Assembly: GCA_019828565.1 (NCBI GenBank)
Contig: JAHDYR010000012.1
Coordinates: 1,483,780-1,547,779, forward strand
DNA from: Carpediemonas membranifera BICM
Taxonomy: Eukaryota > Protista > Fornicata
Direction of reading: 5' to 3'
Length of the DNA stretch: 64,000 nucleotides
Of the stretch, positions 37,701 to 49,019 are shown piece after piece. The notes under the pieces are model-generated. The model had not been told where the DNA came from. It ran no database searches and worked only from the letters and a program-made list of their open reading frames with translations. The position numbers were made by a program, and so were the translations under genes. The first letter of the stretch is position 1. The number at the start of each line of letters is the position of its first letter.

Positions 37701-39378
37701 GGGCAGACGGAAGTAGGGTCGGGCGTCCTTCTTCAGCGTGACCTTGAACGGCTTAAGGTCTGCTGGTTCGCCTGCATCGCCGAAGCAGTCGCTGTATCTC
37801 TCGGCCCAGTCCTCTGTGAGCTTGGAGATGACCTGGATGGGGTCTGCTTCGGTGTCAAGGTTGCGGTTGATTAGGCCGAGGGAGTCAATCACCTCCATGT
37901 TGATGAGGAACGACTCGGCCTTGTCCATCGCATACCAGGTCGGCGTCGCGGTGACCTCTCTGTCGAGGTGGAGGGTGATCGGCACATCTGACAACACTCG
38001 GTAGACCCTCCTCATCGACTCGTCAGCCAAGCGGACTGTCTCGCCCCGCGTGGCGATCTTCAGTCCCTTCTCGACGGCCCAGTCCCTCGGCACGACGCTG
38101 AACGAGGAGCAGGTGTCCATGCGGACGATCAACTCTTCGCCCAGCAGACTGGCCTTCTCCTGCCAGATAGTCTTGGACGCTAACATAAAACAGAAAGGAT
38201 ACTCAGATGGCTTTTACAACTGTGCACTGGTGCGACTTGTGGCCGAACTCGCCGCACCTGAAGCACTTCGGCTCCTCGTGTGGGCAGTCGGCCGAGTCGT
38301 GACCCTTTTCGCCGCAGTTGAAGCAGCCGCGGCCCCCTTGCCGCCGCTCAGGCTTGGCCCCCTCGGCCGCGCCGTCATTGCGTCTGCGCTCTCCCGTCCT
38401 CGCTGGCATCTTCCGCTCCTCTCTCGGCTTGCTCTGCAGTGACTCGAGCTGCTTCTGTAGGGCCGCGAGCCGGCTGCTCGGCACCAGGTCAAACTCTCGC
38501 ATGGCATCTGTTCGGGCCCGTAGGTACTTTGCTATGACCTTCAACGACTTCGCGACTGTTGACTTGGAAAGAACAACAGAGCGAAGAGACGATGCGATCG
38601 TCTCGTCATCGAGGCTCGCCAGAACGATCTCCTGGAGCTCTCTAGCATCCAGGGATCCGACCTTCTCGAACAGATCTACCATATCCGTGAACACATGGCG
38701 GTAACGGGTGAAAGAGGTCTCACGGAGCTTGCGAAGCTCGCGGTACGCGCGCTGAAGACTGATATTGGTTAGTGTGGCCTCAGCCATCACCACCCAGCGC
38801 TCATCGCGCTTCCTCCTCGTTGTCTTCGCCTCCTTCTTCTCTTGGTCTTGAGCCATGATGTACCGGAGCAAAGCGTCGTCCCGGGCGGTCGTCTTGCCGC
38901 TTGTCTTCTTCTTCCGGGCCGGGTTAGCGATGAGTGTGCTCCGGGCGTCATCCTCGGAGTCGCTCTGGGCGTGCGCGTCTTCGCCGCCCCTGCTGCTGTC
39001 GCTACCCTCGTTGGCGCTGAACATCTCCTCGTCGTCTTCACTCGAGCTGTCAGAGCTGTCATCGGAGCTTTCGTCGTCCTCCAGAGCTTGGTATGCGTCC
39101 TTGATACTTGTTCTCACTTTCGCGTCGATGCACTCGAAGAGGGTCTTCGGCTTGACCTCATCTTCAGCATAGAGTGCGTAGCTCATGCGGAACCTCACCC
39201 AGTCGGCTGCAGTGTGCCGGAGATACTTCGGGTAAGTCCCTTTTGGGTCGTCGTCATCGTCATCCTTCTTCATGCGTAGTAATTACTGTGCTATTGAAGG
39301 GTCAAACAATGTGTTTACTGAGGAGGTTTAGACCCGTGGTGGTGTAAATGGTCCAAACTAGGGGATTTGAATGCATCA
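34733..39378 (-). mobile_element. Ty3/Gypsy chromovirus F, copy 2; 92-bp LTRs 39287-39378 and 34733-34824; TSD CCTAT
   Basis: appears identical to copy 1 apart from two homopolymer-length differences; here the frame break is at the gag/protease junction near 38213. Confidence 0.96.
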
Positions 39379-39417
39379 CCTATCGCGCAGTTTAAGGTTT
39401 GGACGAAGGCTTGTAGT

Positions 39418-41085
39418 ATGTATCCCTCCTACTGGAGGATACCATGCCCCATGGAGTGCATTCCACCACGACAACGATTGTCATGGCCAGCTTTTCTTCG
39501 TGAAATAGGGAAAGTAACTGATGCACGAGTAGATTGCCTAACCATGCGTTCATTCTTGTCCGACAACGACCGGCAACCACCAACACAGATGAAATTCTGC
39601 CGTACCGACCGAAACAAGTTCAAGTTTGCGATCAGCGGGTTCGATTGGTCGGTCAAGCTCTTCGACGCCAACGTCGTTAGCAAGGAGACCGGCGAGCTCA
39701 TCGAGATCTCCGACCGCATAGTAGGCACTGGAGCGATCTTGGACCTCGATTGGAGTGGCGATGACACGATTGTCTTTGCTGATTCGAGCACATCGACTGT
39801 TACTCCTTTTCGTCTTCGGCCTGACGGGTCGCTGGCAGCTCTAGCCAAGCGGAACAGTGCTACCGACGTCATGCTCACCCCGCCCGGAGAGAAGGAGCTG
39901 TCCCGTGACCTGACGGGGGTCCAGACGGTCTCGTTCTCACCCGAGAGCCCAGAGATCGTCATGGCGAGCAGCAAGGGCGCCGTCTACGTCTACGACTTCC
40001 GCCAGCCCACGTTCCCGTTCGCCAGACACGCCATAGCCGCCGAGATCCCTGCCCGAAGAGTGAAACCCCACGGCGGCGACAGGCTCGCCTCAGCCCGCTG
40101 GTGCCCGGCGAGACTGGCGAGCACGTATACTATATTAACTGTTGGAGGGACGGCCATGTCGTTATGGGACCTGAGGAAAGGGCGGCAGCACGCAGGTAAG
40201 CCGCTGCATACAGTGGATTTCGGGGGGAGCGCATTGACTCACATGCAGTTCTCGGACGATCATACGAAACTCGCAGTCAAAGACTGCAAACGCGCAGTTT
40301 ATGTACTTAGAACCCAGGACTTCGGTAAGAAAGACCCTGAGAAGCTCAAGCTATCGATCGATGATCCACCAGAGATGGCATCGAGCGCCAGCTTCCACAT
40401 CCGGCCGACCTGGACTCGGGCCGGCGAGCTGCTCCACGGCCATCATACGGGCTCCATTGTCATGTGGCGGGACATTGATGATCTCATATCTAGGGCTAGA
40501 TCCGGGTCTGACCCGAGTTTATGGGAGTTGGGGACCAGTAATGCTGACGCGCCACACTTGTTGTTCAGCCAACCCGCGCAGGAGACATCGACTGTCACGT
40601 TACATCCGACGATGCCAAACTCATTTTATACACTGTCTGATGACAACCGCCTGAGATACTGGCGGTTTTTCCCCAAAGTTGTCGAGTCACTATGCGCCTC
40701 TGACAAATTTATCACGAGCCGACCCGTTCCGGCGATTCGCAGTGCACTTGGCTCCGGCAATTTCCGGCATATCGCAGCCACCCCGACCCACGCCCCCGGC
40801 CCCTTCCTGTCAGACATTTTTTCCTCCCCGCCACTCAACCGACGCGCCCCTCTGCCCATGCCCTCCTCTCTTAGCGGGCCGATGAGTGTCAGACGCGTGC
40901 TACCCCCCGGTCGACGGAGTACTGGAACTCGGCGGTCACTAGACATGGGCACGCCTGGACCGACCCAGACCAGCCTGGGGAGTCAGCCGAGCCAGCCAGG
41001 ACAGGTCACCCCGGGGGCGTCCATGGTCTTTGGGACGCCGAGGGGAGAGCCGATGACACCTGGGATGCTATTTCATGACCAGTGA
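39418..41085 (+). CDS. WD40-repeat protein, Cdt2/DTL (denticleless)-like
   Basis: WD blades ending SLWDLRK, SASFHIRPTW and YTLSDDNRLRYWR, plus a TP-rich disordered tail as in Cdt2; start may be 39418 or 39451 (the ORF-track start lies inside the LTR). Confidence 0.65.
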   Translation: MYPSYWRIPCPMECIPPRQRLSWPAFLREIGKVTDARVDCLTMRSFLSDNDRQPPTQMKFCRTDRNKFKFAISGFDWSVKLFDANVVSKETGELIEISDRIVGTGAILDLDWSGDDTIVFADSSTSTVTPFRLRPDGSLAALAKRNSATDVMLTPPGEKELSRDLTGVQTVSFSPESPEIVMASSKGAVYVYDFRQPTFPFARHAIAAEIPARRVKPHGGDRLASARWCPARLASTYTILTVGGTAMSLWDLRKGRQHAGKPLHTVDFGGSALTHMQFSDDHTKLAVKDCKRAVYVLRTQDFGKKDPEKLKLSIDDPPEMASSASFHIRPTWTRAGELLHGHHTGSIVMWRDIDDLISRARSGSDPSLWELGTSNADAPHLLFSQPAQETSTVTLHPTMPNSFYTLSDDNRLRYWRFFPKVVESLCASDKFITSRPVPAIRSALGSGNFRHIAATPTHAPGPFLSDIFSSPPLNRRAPLPMPSSLSGPMSVRRVLPPGRRSTGTRRSLDMGTPGPTQTSLGSQPSQPGQVTPGASMVFGTPRGEPMTPGMLFHDQ

Positions 41086-41279
41086 GGAGATGGCTTGTTG
41101 GCTTATAGCTGCCTGCTGGAATAATCTCTGGTTCCGCCAATACAAGCTGAGCGGCAGCATTTATCGGTATTTCTGATTGTTATGTGACGTGATATAACAT
41201 GTAACTCAATATACAGCGCTGCGGATGCCGGCACTGCTGTATGAGTGTCAAAGCATCTTCAGAACAACGCAAGAACACA

Positions 41280-41565
41280 ATGCCCGGTGATAAGCCTAAC
41301 AAGACCGTGTCCGATAGCCTGAAGGAGGCCAAGGACCAGATCAAGGATGCTGTTCGTCTCACAGCCCCGTTCTCTCACATAGACTGTTGATGCAAAGGAT
41401 AAGGTCGTGCATAAGGTATGAAAGGATGATTTCACAGCGTTCACACAGTCCATGGAGCTCAAAGAGAAGATGCAGGAGCAGCTGACTGGCAAGAAGACGA
41501 AGAAGGACACCGTCGCCAAGGTCGGTGGCGTCAAGGTGGAGGTCGAGCGGACCGAGAAGGCATAA
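41280..41565 (+). CDS. Small lysine-rich LEA/hydrophilin-like protein (73 aa); exons 41280-41351, 41383-41415 and 41449-41565
   Basis: two phase-0 GT-AG introns (31 and 33 nt) give MPGDKPNKTVSDSLKEAKDQIKDATVDAKDKVVHKSMELKEKMQEQLTGKK...; absent from the ORF track. Confidence 0.7.
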
Positions 41566-41871
41566 ATGGCTCCGACCTGCTTGTCTCTGTGCTGCCATAG
41601 GTCTCATATGCCGGGCTCAGCGTCGATCGCCCAGTGCCATGCTTCTTTCTAGTCTTTATGTGATAGTAGTAGTTTATGTGATGGTTTCTACCAATACGCT
41701 GCCGGGACGGCCCCTATTGACGCCTCCAGCAGGCCGGGGTCCTCCCACGACCGACCCCACATTATCCCGCTGGGTCACAGTCTCCCTGCGTTCAGCTGTG
41801 CCTCTGTCAGGGACTCGGCGAGGTAGGATTGAGTGCCCCTGGTGAAAACCTGCTCGCGTCATAAGGACACG

Positions 41872-42534
41872 ATGGAAAGCTTTGGGGTGGTATCCTTGGA
41901 AAAGAAGAGCGATCGAGTTCAGAGCCTCTCGCAGAAGATTCTTGAAGCCTTCGGGGAGCTCGAGCGGCTTGATGAAACCGTTGATGCGCTTCCACGTCGC
42001 AACGAGCTCATGAGCGCTGTACGCGAGTCCTTTGAGGAAGCAGAACATCTACTACGCCAGGTGAACGACATGTTACACGTCATCACGGCAGCGGACAAGG
42101 CTGAATGGAGCTCCCGCATCCACGCCCAGCGGGAGTACCTCGCCTTCCTCCAGTCCGACCGAGAGGTCCACCTCCGCATCCAGGACTCGGTCCAGATGGA
42201 AGCAGACAGAGAGCAGCTCCTCGCCGGGTCTGCCCCCATTTGCCTGACGGCGGCCCAGACTGAGCAAAGAGGCCGGGACAACCTGGCGGACTGGCAGCAG
42301 CAGGTGAGCCAGATGCTGGAGATGGGCGGGGCGGCCATCAGCGACCTGGGCAGACAGGGGGCACAGCTGAGGGCTCTGGCACACAGGACGAGGGTGCTGG
42401 TCGCCCGGTTCGAGTACGGCAGGAAGCTGCTTGGTGCGATCGAGAGCACAGAGAAGACTAATCAATTGATTGCTGTAGGCGGCATGAGTCTGCTCATCGT
42501 GGGGTTCGTCATCGTCATGTGGCTGCTACATTGA
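41872..42534 (+). CDS. Qb-SNARE, membrin/Bos1-like
   Basis: helical N-domain, DREQLL motif, SNARE heptad with a central Q (LGRQGAQL), C-terminal TM anchor. Confidence 0.75.
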   Translation: MESFGVVSLEKKSDRVQSLSQKILEAFGELERLDETVDALPRRNELMSAVRESFEEAEHLLRQVNDMLHVITAADKAEWSSRIHAQREYLAFLQSDREVHLRIQDSVQMEADREQLLAGSAPICLTAAQTEQRGRDNLADWQQQVSQMLEMGGAAISDLGRQGAQLRALAHRTRVLVARFEYGRKLLGAIESTEKTNQLIAVGGMSLLIVGFVIVMWLLH

Positions 42535-42689
42535 GGGTCTGACCTGAGATCATCTCTATCTTGTGCCCTAAGGTTACCATGTGGGCGACATCGAAGAACG
42601 CAGCGCACTGTCAGTAAACGCACCATATGCATATACTATCCATATTCAGAGCTCGGCCGGAGTCGCCTGCTCTGTCGCATCCAGACGGG

Positions 42690-43500
42690 GGTCGAGTTGG
42701 GTCGACCGAGCATCGAGGCGGGCGGAGGGCGCCGGACCGCGCGCTACCGGAATACGTGGAGTGAGTATCGCTCTGCTGATTCCAGGAGCGCGCTGCCCGT
42801 TCGCGTCCGACTCGCCATTTGGGGGGTCGAGTCACATCTCGGCCCCAAATGAACTGCCCACACGTATGCTGCAAGGGAACAGTCAGAGCAAATCGATGCG
42901 CGGAGGGGAGGGACCAGGTGTGTGCGAGGGCAGGCCGGGAGGCTAGTCCTCTGGCACACAGCGAAATCGGTCTGGTCGGTCAGACCCATGTCAACCCAGA
43001 CTCCATCACTCAAAATGGTGCGTGAATGCATGCTTTAGAGCCCAGCCCGATGCTATATCGACCATCAATTTGGTTGCTGACATGTTCACCTGCCTTTCGA
43101 AATCCTCTCGAGACTGCGGGTCCGAAGCTGAGCGATGCCGTCGCCTCGACTACTACCGTCGAATCGCTGTCGCTCTGCCATAATGCTTGTATAGCCCTCT
43201 TACATCTGGATCCGGGCCATTATCAGCGGGCGCACACTGGAAGTATGCGTTTGGAGTCGGCCCGATCTTCGATCTCGACGGACATCGAACATGACGAGTA
43301 GAGGTCGGAGAGGGCTGAAACTCACACCATTGCACTGTAGGAGAAGCTCATACAGGATGGCTGACCCATCTTAGTCTTTAAACTCCCAACCGTAATTTCT
43401 GGAGTCGTCGAAAATGACGACTCAGTTTGACTCAATTCACCCTCAGCCTGCACCCAATGGCATAACACTAGGTACTAGGTCTGGGTATAGTGTGATTGCC
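42690..43500 (+). repeat. Dispersed ~0.8-kb non-coding repeat, longest copy
   Basis: 3' ~600 bp highly similar to 47570-48158; 5' part similar to 25980-26120. Confidence 0.9.
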
Positions 43501-43685
43501 TCACCCAGCCTTGAACAACGTCTGCCCTGCTCGAGACGGCAGGGTCTGCTCGACACTGTGACCAGGCTTTACTGGGCAGAATTGCAGACGGACCCGGTCC
43601 CCAGGGTTAGCCTGCCACTGACCTGGCCCTTCCTGGCAACTAGCTTCACCGCGCACCTCCAACCCTAAAGTGCACCTGAATAGCG

Positions 43686-44577
43686 ATGTCTCGGTTTGAG
43701 GACGATTCGTGGTATAACATCCAGACTGTGATCCGCAGTCAGTTCCAAGCGTTTTATGATACCATTGAGAAGCAGGGGAAGACCATTGCGCGTCTCTCCG
43801 AGCAAGTGTCCTATCTTCGCTCAGAGATCAGGGACAAGGACTCCGCTATTGAGCAGATGTCCCGTGGGCTCGTAGAACTTAACGGCAGAATCACCTCCAG
43901 CGACGTTCGTTCCCCGTGGCTCCCTCACACAGTACAACGTGGCCCGTATCTCCGAGTCCGTCGCCAAGATGCCCGCCCCGCCCTCCAAGGAGGACATTCT
44001 CGACTCCCTGCTGGTCCACATCAAGCGGGAGCGTGAGGCTCGCGAGCAGGAGGAAGAAAAGATCAAAGCCCGGGTCGAGGACGCCTGGTTGCGCTGCCAG
44101 CGTCTCGACGGGACCATCGCCGAGGCCAAGAACCGCGACACAATCATCAAGCGGCAGCTGTCTGAGCTTTCTGAATGGAAGGGCGTCTATGCAGACGTCA
44201 AGCGGGACCTCGAGCAGCACAGCGTCGACCCCAAGGAGCTCAACACCGTGCTCGAGCGGAAGGTCGACGTCGAGGTGCTCGAGAACATCATCGACGACCT
44301 CAAGGCGGCCCTCGCCAAGAAGGTCGACACGATCACGTTCAGCATGCGAATGGACCAGGCGGACAGGCAGGCCCAGACCTACCGCAACGAACGGGACGAC
44401 CTTGCCGAAGCCCTCAGCCACCACGAGGAGGCACAGGCCCGCAAATCCGTGGCGGCGGAGTCGATGGCCCAGCTCTCGCAGCAGGTCGGGCAGCTGAGGT
44501 CTAGGGTCGGCATGGGGCGCAGTCCGGGGGCGGGGTTGTCGGCGACAAGCTGGGCATCGCCGTTCGCTAGTAGATGA
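43686..44577 (+). CDS. Coiled-coil protein; exons 43686-43904 and 43933-44577
   Basis: a 28-nt GT-AG intron (43905-43932) joins two coiled-coil ORFs in frame. Confidence 0.8.
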
Positions 44578-44730
44578 TGGTATAAAATGTAAGTTTAAGC
44601 TTGTATGATGAGGGTGGACAACGACGATAAAACAGACACAACGACTGCCTGGCCACTCTCTCTATCCAAGACTAGGAGCTATTATTAGCCTGGCGGTCAC
44701 AGACGACAATTCACTCGCACAAGTGCCGTC

Positions 44731-45948
44731 ATGCATCGGGCAAGCGGCACAGGGGCGTTTACACAGATACACCGATCATCATGGTCTTGGGTTGTCCCAG
44801 ATCGCCCAGATCGCATCGGGACGGCGAGATCGTCAATGTATTTTCTGCCCGAGATGGTATTGGTCCACTCAGGCAGACAAAAGCACAGAAGACGACGTAA
44901 TTATAGTAATAGACGACATATGGCTCTATTGTGGCCATTCTTTATCCATATAGATGTTTCACCTTCGCGTGTCACGAAAACTAACCCATACGGCAACGCA
45001 TTCGCTCCGATTCTTATTCTCTTTGTTCTCTCCTGTCGCTTTTCACCTGCTGTTGCCTTTCCCTCTCTCCCCCCGCTCCCCCCGCTCCCCGAGCTGCCCC
45101 CACTTCCACTGCTCCCAGGAATCCCCCCGCTGGACAGCCCAGTGATCGACCAGATCGTTCTCGTGGCCGCACTAGGGACTGCTGCGACACTCTCACTCGT
45201 CGTTATGCCGCTGGCGATTGTCATGCTCTGCTCTGCGCATCTTGTTGTTCTTGCGGCGATTATTAGGCTTCTCTTAAAGCGCAGAAAGGACCGCAAGCAG
45301 CGACAAGAGCCGCATGGCACCCGGCTCATCCACCAGAGAAGCACACCACTGAGCGAGCTTGTCGGGATGCCTGTCCTGCACCAACTGGCCGCCGGTGGGG
45401 ACGTTGATGGCCTGCAGCAGCTGTGTAGACAGGGGAGCAGCCCCACGGAGCTGACTCCCGACGGTCTGACCGCGCTGCACGTTGCCGCGGACTCTGGCAA
45501 CACCCGATGCGTCCAGGCGCTGCTGGCGGCGGGGGCCGGGATCAACGTCACGACCAAGGCCTCGTGGGCGGTCAGCAGCGACCGTGGTGTGCAGCGGGCG
45601 GTCTCTGAGGGCGGATTGACCCCTCTGCATATGGCCGCCCGCAGCGGGCACCACGACACCGTCAGACTGCTGCTCGAGTCTGGGGCAAACGCGTTTGCCA
45701 CCTCAGCGAGCGGGCAGACGGCGAAGGACCTGGCCAAGGCGGGAAACCACGTCGCCTGCGTCCGACTGATCAACAGGGAGGGCCAGGTCCACCGCTGGTC
45801 CGTGTGCAGCGAGGACACCCTGCCCGAGCAGCCCGAGGTGTCCGACGACGAGACCCTCGGATCAGTCATGTCGGCGACGGACGTCGTGATGCCCAGGCTG
45901 ACGCGCAGTCCCCTGGGGAAACGGCAGGGCAGTAGCATTTCCCAGTAA
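44731..45948 (+). CDS. Ankyrin-repeat membrane protein (true start probably downstream of 44731)
   Basis: GLTALHVAADSGN and GLTPLHMAARSGH ankyrin repeats; hydrophobic segments upstream. Confidence 0.8.
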   Translation: MHRASGTGAFTQIHRSSWSWVVPDRPDRIGTARSSMYFLPEMVLVHSGRQKHRRRRNYSNRRHMALLWPFFIHIDVSPSRVTKTNPYGNAFAPILILFVLSCRFSPAVAFPSLPPLPPLPELPPLPLLPGIPPLDSPVIDQIVLVAALGTAATLSLVVMPLAIVMLCSAHLVVLAAIIRLLLKRRKDRKQRQEPHGTRLIHQRSTPLSELVGMPVLHQLAAGGDVDGLQQLCRQGSSPTELTPDGLTALHVAADSGNTRCVQALLAAGAGINVTTKASWAVSSDRGVQRAVSEGGLTPLHMAARSGHHDTVRLLLESGANAFATSASGQTAKDLAKAGNHVACVRLINREGQVHRWSVCSEDTLPEQPEVSDDETLGSVMSATDVVMPRLTRSPLGKRQGSSISQ

Positions 45949-46168
45949 AGCATATGTAGCGGGGTTAGTAATGCATGTCTGCCGTCCTGTAACATTGGTT
46001 CGCAGCACCGCTTGATTTGCCGGGCTCCCCACAGTGTAGGGTCGGGCGGCACAGGGCTTGGTCACCCCGCTATTTGGGGTACGTTTAGGGTGCGCGGCGA
46101 TCCGATTTGAAGATCGCAGAAGATCTCGTGGTGCCCTTGAAAGATTCCATCGAGAAGAGCACTTGAAA

Positions 46169-47248
46169 ATGAACGCTCATGAGGTCTTTATCTCAATAGC
46201 GTGGGCTCTCTTCTGCTGCACAGTAATAGGAGGCCTGTCGATCATCGGCGGGTCCGTGCCCGTTGCCCTCAGCGCGCTAGGCCCAAGGAACGGCCGTAGG
46301 ATCCAGCTGGACACGATCTTCCTCTGGATGAACCTGTTTTGTTCAGGAATCTTCATTGGGGGTGCGTTCCTCCATCTACTGCCTGAGAGCCGGGCGGATT
46401 ACGTCAAGGTCGTCGGCTCTTCATGGATCCGCAACCTGCCCGTCACCGAGGCCATTGCAGCCGTGACATGCCTGTGCATGGTGGCGATTGATCACATCTC
46501 GAGTGCCCACAACGAGGTGGGCGACCACGTCCACGGCCCGGACGGCATGGCCATATACGCCGGGTCCCACCCCGAGTCCACGGCGTCATTGGCGACGGAC
46601 CCCGAGTCAGGTGCAGTCACCGCGGAGGGTGAGAGCGACGGCTGTGCAATGCCCGAGCCCCGCGACGGGGCGCTGCTGCAGTCCGACCCGGCCGACCCGC
46701 CCATGCCCACGCACCGCAAGCACATGCACAAGCACCGCCGCAAGCACCGCTTCGAGCTCGGCGTGACGTCGCTGTTCCTCCTGGCGGCGCTCTCCTTCCA
46801 CTCCTGCATCGAGGGCTTCGGCCTGGGCGTGCTGGATATCACGGACGACCGGGGCGACGCCATCGCCTTCCTGATCGCCATCGTGTCCCACAAGGGCTTC
46901 GAGGTCATGGCCTTGATGGCCGCCATCCTCAGCCACGGCACCAACGTCTTCACGGCCTGCATCCTGCTCGGGCTGTTCACCCTGGTCACGCCGGTCGGGT
47001 TAATAACCGGCGCCCTGCTGCGGCTCGGCACGGCGGGTCTCGCCCACGGGGCGGTGAAGGACGTCGTCGTCGTCATCGGAACGGCTGCCAGCGCGGGGAC
47101 ATTTACATATGTGGGGGTGGTGGAGATGCTGAGTGACAGCATTCACAAGGGAACGACGTCCCCACTGCACGCCAAGGCGGTCCAGCTGAGTCTGATCGCC
47201 GTCGGATTCCTCATCATGGCAGCCGTGCTGCTGCTGCCAGAGGGCTAG
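46169..47248 (+). CDS. ZIP (Zrt/Irt-like) zinc/iron transporter
   Basis: FLHLLPES, ALSFHSCIEGFGLG, IVSHKGFE and AGTFTYVGVVEML ZIP signatures; His-rich loop. Confidence 0.93.
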   Translation: MNAHEVFISIAWALFCCTVIGGLSIIGGSVPVALSALGPRNGRRIQLDTIFLWMNLFCSGIFIGGAFLHLLPESRADYVKVVGSSWIRNLPVTEAIAAVTCLCMVAIDHISSAHNEVGDHVHGPDGMAIYAGSHPESTASLATDPESGAVTAEGESDGCAMPEPRDGALLQSDPADPPMPTHRKHMHKHRRKHRFELGVTSLFLLAALSFHSCIEGFGLGVLDITDDRGDAIAFLIAIVSHKGFEVMALMAAILSHGTNVFTACILLGLFTLVTPVGLITGALLRLGTAGLAHGAVKDVVVVIGTAASAGTFTYVGVVEMLSDSIHKGTTSPLHAKAVQLSLIAVGFLIMAAVLLLPEG

Positions 47249-47477
47249 AGGATTAGAGGTGTTTATATGTCTCCGAGCGGCCTAGTAAACTAAACCAGAT
47301 AATCGGGTTATGGTTCTTAGCCCTGTCTGGTGTGACTGCGGCTTTCTCACACCACGGCTACCCTCGTCACCCAGCCCACTGTGGGGTGGGGTGAATCGGA
47401 GTCGCACCCTCAGCGGAGGACTGGCTATAAGGTGTCTAATCGCGTCATGCTTTGCACGCGTGGTCGCTAAAGTCGAG

Positions 47478-48158
47478 TCATTTTGGAGGGTGAGTCACCT
47501 CTCGTCCAGAATAAACTGCCCACACCTTACCTTGCTCATCCATGGTAAATCAACGCAGAGGAGAGGAGGGACCAGGCGTGTGCGAGGGCAGGCCGGGAGG
47601 CTAGCCCTCTGGCACACAGCAAAATCGGTCTGGTCGGTCAGACCCATGTCAACCCAGACACCATCAGTCAACATGGTGCGTGAATGCATGCTTTAGAGCC
47701 CAGCCCGATGCTATATCGACCATCAATTTGGTTGCTGACATGTTCACCTGCCTTTCGAAATCCTCTCGAGTCTGCGGGTCCGAAGTTGAGCGATGCCGTC
47801 ACCTCGACTACAACTATCGAATCGCTGCCGCTCTGCCATAATGCTTGTATAGCCCTCTTACATCTGGATCCGGGCCATTATCAGCGGGCGCACACTGGAA
47901 GTATGCGTTTGGAGTCGGCCCGATCTTCGATCTCGACGGACATCGAACATGACGAGTAGAGGTCGGAGAGGGCTGAAACTCACACCATTGCACTGTAGGA
48001 GAAGCTCATACAGGATGGCTGACCCATCTTAGTCTTTAAACTCCAAACCTTAATTTCTGGAGTCGTCGAAAATGACGACTCAGTTTGACTCAATTCACCC
48101 TCAGCCTGCACCCAATGGCATAACACTAGGTACTAGGTCTGGGTATGGTGTGATTGCC
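47478..48158 (+). repeat. Dispersed non-coding repeat, third copy
   Basis: near-identical to ~42910-43500, with the same right boundary GTGTGATTGCC. Confidence 0.9.
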
Positions 48159-48220
48159 CCACTAACAGCAATGAATACAACGTCTGCCGTGCTCAGGCCG
48201 AGGGTTGATTTATCCAGCTC

Positions 48221-49019
48221 TCAGAGAGGGTCAATAAAAGTGAGCACGCCACCCGATATGAGGTTCTCTCGCCCATTAACAGTGAGCATCCCCTGTCCAA
48301 TGTCGAACTTGTACCGCCAACCGGCCATTCCCTTCTTTTTGGACTTTGTCCTTGACAAGGCGTCTATCTTGCAGACCAGGGTGTTCGGGGTGCGGTACAC
48401 TGGCTCCGGGTCCTCCGACTCTGATCCCGACTCTGATTCCGACTCGGACTCCGACTCTGAGTCTGATTCAGATTCACTGCCGCTTGCCTCCTGCGGCCTC
48501 TCCTGGAATTCAGGGGGAAGCTCAACAGTAACACCGTCCTCGCCTGTGGTGACGACAGGCTGTGGCTCCGCGGGAACGTCGGAGTCGGATTCCGAGTCGC
48601 TTGGCACGTCACTGTCATCATCCGACGCTTCCGCCTCGCTGGGGCTGGGCTCAGCGTCGCTGGCCGGCTCAGGGACAGGCTGATGTGATGCCTCTGCGGG
48701 GATGCGGGGTGGGGAAGGGGGGTCCAGCGGGCCCGGCAGCTTGACGGGCATTGGTGGGGGCGGCAGCGAGTCATACGCCTGGCGTGCACCGGGGTTGATA
48801 TCATGCTGCGTAAGACGGAAGCATATAGCGAACTGAGCTTGGTTCTATGTCATCTACCGCTCCAGTGGACTTGAGAGCGTCTCGCCAAATAGAGCTGAAC
48901 ATATTCACATCAAACGGAGCTAGAATCGTGTTCTGCTCGAGAATTTGGGGAATACTGTTTGATACAAGCTCAATTACACGCTCATAAACAGCTCTGGTCG
49001 AGCCGTTGTCTGCATCCAT
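48221..49019 (-). CDS. Transcription factor IIA large (alpha/beta) subunit-like; exons 49019-48834 and 48805-48221
   Basis: N-terminal VYERVIELV...IWRDAL, acidic linker, C-terminal NTLVCKIDALSRTK...GMLTVNGRE typical of TOA1/GTF2A1; 28-nt intron 48833-48806. Confidence 0.75.

Noticed and set aside
42588-42612. CATCGAAGAACGCAGCG resembles the conserved 5.8S rRNA motif
   Set aside because: The match is short and gapped, with no flanking 5.8S, SSU or LSU sequence.
48415-48476. TCCGAC/TCTGAT hexamer repeat
   Set aside because: It encodes the Ser-Glu acidic linker of the TFIIA-like protein; it is not an independent repeat or a CRISPR array.
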